A stretch of 32,000 bases of DNA from Candidatus Profftella armatura (GTDB taxonomy: Bacteria > Pseudomonadota > Gammaproteobacteria > Burkholderiales > Burkholderiaceae), in NCBI RefSeq assembly GCF_000441555.1, contig NC_021885.1, positions 390,001 to 422,000 on the forward strand. The letters run 5' to 3'. Below are positions 28,369-32,000 of the stretch, piece by piece. The notes beneath the pieces were generated by a model. It was not told the origin of the DNA. It did no database searches and was given only the letters and a program-made list of their open reading frames with translations. Both the position numbers and the translations under genes were made by a program. Positions within the stretch are counted from its first letter, which is position 1. Each line of letters begins with the position of its first letter.

Positions 28369-30447
28369 TTGTTTAATAAAATTATTAAATCATTTAAATA
28401 TGGTTCATATAAAATTTCTATCGAAATTGGTGAAATTGCTCGTCAAGCCACCAGCTCAGTATTAGTTTCTATAGAAGATACAGTGATATTGGCAACAGTA
28501 GTTTCTTGTAAAGATCCTACATCAACTTATAATTTTTTTCCTTTAACTGTTGATTATATAGAAAAAGCCTATGCTGCAGGTCGTATTCCGGGTAGTTTTT
28601 TTAAGAGAGAAGGAAAACCCTCTGAAAGAGAAACAATAATTTCTCGTTTAATTGATCGTCCAATTCGTCCATTATTCCCAGAAGGATATTTAAACGAAAT
28701 ACAAATTGTTGTGTATGTTTTATCAGTAAATCCACAAATTGATCCAGATATTGCTTCTATAATTGGAGTATCAACAGCTCTTTCTATTTCTGAATTACCA
28801 TTTTTAGGTCCATTAGGAGTAGCAAAAGTTGGTTATATTGATGGTAAATATATTCTTAATCCAACAACAGAACAATTAAAAAAATCTCATTTAGATTTAT
28901 TAGTTGCAGGTACTGAAAAAGCTATAATAACCGTTGAATCAGAATCAAAACAATTACCAGAAGATATTATATTAAATGCAATAATATTTGGTCATGAAAA
29001 AATGAAAATAGCAATTAATGCAATCAATGAATTAGTACAAAATGTAGGTCAAAAAAAAGTAAATTGGGATCCAATTATAAAAGACAAGACATTAATTTCT
29101 AAAATAATTAATATATCTGAGCATAAAATCAGAAAAGCTTATCAAATAAAAAATAAACAAATAAGAGATTTAACATTTAAAAATATTAGTAAAGATATCT
29201 ATTCTTCACTGATAGATAATGAAAATTTAACTATAGATATAAATGATATTAATTGCATTTTATATGATTTAGAATCTAAAATTATTCGAAAACAGATTTT
29301 AGATAAAGGACTTCGTATTGATAATCGCGGTGTTAATGATATACGTCCAATTTCAATTCGTACTGGTATTTTGCCTAGAACGCATGGTTCTTCATTATTT
29401 ACTAGAGGAGATACTCAAGCATTAGTAGTTGCTACACTAGGAACTTCTCGTGATGAACAAAAAATTGATGCATTAATGGGTGAATTTACTGATTCATTTA
29501 TGTTGCATTACAACATGCCTCCATTTGCTACAGGAGATATCGGTAGAATTGGTGTCCCAAAACGCCGAGAAATTGGGCATGGTAGATTAGCAAAACGTGC
29601 ATTATTACCGGTATTACCAAATAACAACAAATTTAATTATTCTATACGCTTAGTATCCGAAATAACAGAATCAAATGGTTCTTCGTCTATGGCATCTGTA
29701 TGCGGAGGTTGTTTAGCATTATTAGATGCCGGCGTACCAATAAGTGAACATGTTGCCGGTATTGCAATGGGTTTAATTAAAGATGGTGAAAAAGTTGTTA
29801 TTTTAAGCGATATTCTTGGAGATGAAGATCGCTGCGGTGATATGGATTTTAAAGTTGCTGGAACTGTTAATGGTATTACTGCACTACAAATGGATATTAA
29901 GATTTTTGGTATCACTTATGATATTATTCAAATTGCTTTATATAAAGCTAAAAAAGGATTATCATATATTTTAGAAAAAATGAAAACAGAAGTTCCGAAA
30001 TGTAAAAATGAATTATCTAAATTTGCTCCACGTTTAATTACAATTAAAATTGATCCATCAAAAATTCGTGATGTTATTGGGAAAGGTGGATCTACAATTC
30101 GAACATTAACTGAAGAAACTGGAACTCAAATTGATATTAATGATGAAGGTATAATTACTATTGCTTCATTTAATTCAGTTTCTGGTCAAGAAGCTAAGAG
30201 ACGAATTGAAAAACTTACTGAATCTGTTCAAATTGGAAAAGTGTATACTGGAATAGTTTTAAGATTATTTGATTTTGGTGCTATTATTCGAATTTTATCT
30301 GGAAAAGACGGTTTATTGCATATTAGCCAAATTTCTAGTAAACGTGTAAATATAATTACTGATTTTCTAAAAGAAAATCAAAAAGTTCGAGTAAAAGTAT
30401 TAGGAATAGATGATCGTGGACGTATTAAATTATCAATGATTTATTAG
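28369..30447 (+). CDS. pnp: Polyribonucleotide nucleotidyltransferase (PNPase)
   Basis: The 692-aa ORF has two RNase PH domains ([27 protein letters not shown]; [12 protein letters not shown]), then KH ([10 protein letters not shown]) and S1 ([18 protein letters not shown]) domains. The start is TTG at 28369, with AAGGAA about 6 nt upstream. E. coli pnp also starts with UUG, and the N-terminus aligns ([12 protein letters not shown] versus MLNPIVRKFQYG). Confidence 0.97.
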   Translation: MFNKIIKSFKYGSYKISIEIGEIARQATSSVLVSIEDTVILATVVSCKDPTSTYNFFPLTVDYIEKAYAAGRIPGSFFKREGKPSERETIISRLIDRPIRPLFPEGYLNEIQIVVYVLSVNPQIDPDIASIIGVSTALSISELPFLGPLGVAKVGYIDGKYILNPTTEQLKKSHLDLLVAGTEKAIITVESESKQLPEDIILNAIIFGHEKMKIAINAINELVQNVGQKKVNWDPIIKDKTLISKIINISEHKIRKAYQIKNKQIRDLTFKNISKDIYSSLIDNENLTIDINDINCILYDLESKIIRKQILDKGLRIDNRGVNDIRPISIRTGILPRTHGSSLFTRGDTQALVVATLGTSRDEQKIDALMGEFTDSFMLHYNMPPFATGDIGRIGVPKRREIGHGRLAKRALLPVLPNNNKFNYSIRLVSEITESNGSSSMASVCGGCLALLDAGVPISEHVAGIAMGLIKDGEKVVILSDILGDEDRCGDMDFKVAGTVNGITALQMDIKIFGITYDIIQIALYKAKKGLSYILEKMKTEVPKCKNELSKFAPRLITIKIDPSKIRDVIGKGGSTIRTLTEETGTQIDINDEGIITIASFNSVSGQEAKRRIEKLTESVQIGKVYTGIVLRLFDFGAIIRILSGKDGLLHISQISSKRVNIITDFLKENQKVRVKVLGIDDRGRIKLSMIY

Positions 30448-30523
30448 AAATAAAATGTTACTTTAAAAAATTAAAATCAAATTCACTTAATAAAATAAAA
30501 TTAATAAAATAAAATTTTTAAAA

Positions 30524-30600
30524 TGGGGTGGACGACGGGGCTCGAACCCGCGACAACAGGAATCACAATCCTGGACTCTACCAACTGAGCTACATCCACC
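30524..30600 (-). tRNA. tRNA-His (anticodon GTG) with encoded G-1 and CCA
   Basis: The reverse complement GGTGGATGTAGCTCAGTTGGTAGAGTCCAGGATTGTGATTCCTGTTGTCGCGGGTTCGAGCCCCGTCGTCCACCCCA folds by hand. The extra 5' G(-1) sits opposite C73, and the acceptor is GTGGATG/CGTCCAC with one G-U pair. The anticodon stem is CAGGA/TCCTG with loop TTGTGAT, and the T loop is TTCGAGC. Confidence 0.93.
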
Positions 30601-30690
30601 ATAAATTAATTAAAAAAATATTTCTTGTATTCTACATTAATATAATATTTTTTCAAAATTCATATTTTATTAATGAAATACCATAAAAAA

Positions 30691-32000
30691 TTATGTTAAA
30701 TTAGAATTTTCTATAGAAATATATTTTTTCCATTTTTTTGGGCCATCAATATGTATTGACTTTCCAAGTGAATCTATTGCTACTGTAACAGGCATATTTT
30801 CTACATTAAATTCGTAAATTGCTTCCATTCCTAAATCTTCGAAACATATTATTTTTGCAGACTTTATCGCTTTTGATATTAAATAAGCGGCCCCTCCTAC
30901 TGCAACTAAATAAGCTATTTTTTGTTTTTTAATTAATTTTATTATTTTATCACTTCGCTCAGCTTTTCCTATCATAGCAATTAAACCAATTTTTTCTAAA
31001 ATTAAATTAGTAAAATGATCCATTCTACTAGCAGTAGTTGGTCCAGCTGGTCCAATCACTTCATTTCGAACTGGATTTATTGGTCCTACATAATAAATTA
31101 CACGATTATTAAAATTTACTGGTATTTTTTCTCCTTTAGATAACATATATTGAATACGATTATGCGCGGCATCTCTTCCTGTTAATATTTTTCCATTTAA
31201 TAATAAAATTTCTCCAGATCTCCAAGAAGAAACTTCTTTTTTAGTTAAAGTATTAAGATTAACATAATGAAATTTTTTATTATTTGTGGTAAATTTTATT
31301 TTAGGCCAATTTGATAACGATGGTGGTTTCATAAAAACCGGTCCAGAACCATTCAAGATAATATGACCATGTCTAGTTGCTGCACAATTAGGGATTATTG
31401 CAACTGGTTTGGATGCAGCATGAGTGGGATACATCATAATTTTAACATCTAATACTGTACTTAATCCTCCCATACCTTGGGCACCAATACCTAATGAATT
31501 TATTTTATTAAATAATTCAAGGCGTAATTCTTCTATTTTATTTTTTGGACCATTTTTAATTATGCTATTCATATTAATATCTTGCATTAATACTTTTTTA
31601 GCCATTAACATTGCTTTTTCTGGAGTTCCTCCGATACCAATACCTAATATACCCGGAGGACACCAACCTGCTCCCATAGTTGGAACAGTTTTCATGATCC
31701 AATCCACTAATGAATCAGAAGGATTTAGCATAGCAAATTTTGTTTTATTTTCCGATCCTCCTCCCTTAGATGCAATTTTTATATCCAAAAAATTTCCTGG
31801 CACTAATTCCATATTAATTACAGCTGGGGTATTATCTTGAGTATTTTTACGTATAAAATGCGGATCAGACACGATTGAGGCTCGTAATATATTATTTGGA
31901 TTAGTATATCCACGACGAACACCTTCATTGATAACATCATGTATTGATCCATTAAATCCTTTAAATCGTACATTCATTCCTATTTTTAGAAAAACATTCA
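30691..32000 (-). CDS. fumA: Class I (Fe-S dependent) fumarate hydratase, 5' end beyond the window
   Basis: The protein has SKGGGSENKTKFAMLNP, GAGWCPPGILGIGIGGT and the C-terminal beta-domain GPAGPTTASRMD...AVGGAAYL, typical of fused alpha/beta class I fumarases. The frame stays open upstream of the ORF track's ATG at 31977 (..NVFLKIG-MNVRFKG) to the window edge. At 428 aa the tracked ORF is shorter than the roughly 500-550 aa expected. A tartrate dehydratase paralog cannot be fully excluded. Confidence 0.85.
   Translation of the reverse strand, partial: NVFLKIGMNVRFKGFNGSIHDVINEGVRRGYTNPNNILRASIVSDPHFIRKNTQDNTPAVINMELVPGNFLDIKIASKGGGSENKTKFAMLNPSDSLVDWIMKTVPTMGAGWCPPGILGIGIGGTPEKAMLMAKKVLMQDINMNSIIKNGPKNKIEELRLELFNKINSLGIGAQGMGGLSTVLDVKIMMYPTHAASKPVAIIPNCAATRHGHIILNGSGPVFMKPPSLSNWPKIKFTTNNKKFHYVNLNTLTKKEVSSWRSGEILLLNGKILTGRDAAHNRIQYMLSKGEKIPVNFNNRVIYYVGPINPVRNEVIGPAGPTTASRMDHFTNLILEKIGLIAMIGKAERSDKIIKLIKKQKIAYLVAVGGAAYLISKAIKSAKIICFEDLGMEAIYEFNVENMPVTVAIDSLGKSIHIDGPKKWKKYISIENSNLT

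Overview
The window is very AT-rich (about three quarters A+T by eye) and gene-dense, with short spacers and no mobile DNA. It looks like core chromosome of a genome-reduced obligate endosymbiont. Gene content and order (cysB-like regulator, then cysI-DUF934-cysH-cysD-cysN-cobA, plus sspA and a class I fumarase) point to a betaproteobacterial, Burkholderiales-type lineage. That placement is inference and needs a database search. The standard genetic code applies: frr ends in TGA and Trp is encoded by TGG. Supported features, in order: gyrB (partial), dnaN, tRNA-Leu(CAA), alaS, RNase P RNA, holB, tmk, ygfZ, map, rpsB-tsf-pyrH-frr, aspS, sspA, a 20-bp tandem repeat, tRNA-Thr(UGU), ribA, the regulator-equipped sulfate-assimilation and siroheme cluster, a small CbiX-type chelatase, pepA, a decayed xth (exonuclease III) pseudogene, rpsO, a GC-rich stem-loop, pnp, tRNA-His(GUG), and a class I fumarate hydratase (partial). 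I found no CRISPR array, transposon, prophage, toxin-antitoxin or defence-type locus, and no convincing novel multi-gene system. The points most worth a second look are: (1) DUF934 retained inside the cysI-cysH operon with no cysJ visible; (2) the xth pseudogene that fills the only large ORF-free gap; (3) a dnaN-gyrB block with no adjacent dnaA; (4) a near-perfect 4-copy 20-bp tandem repeat in the sspA/tRNA-Thr spacer; (5) a split siroheme pathway (SUMT-only CobA plus a 130-aa CbiX); (6) a G9 homopolymer inside holB.
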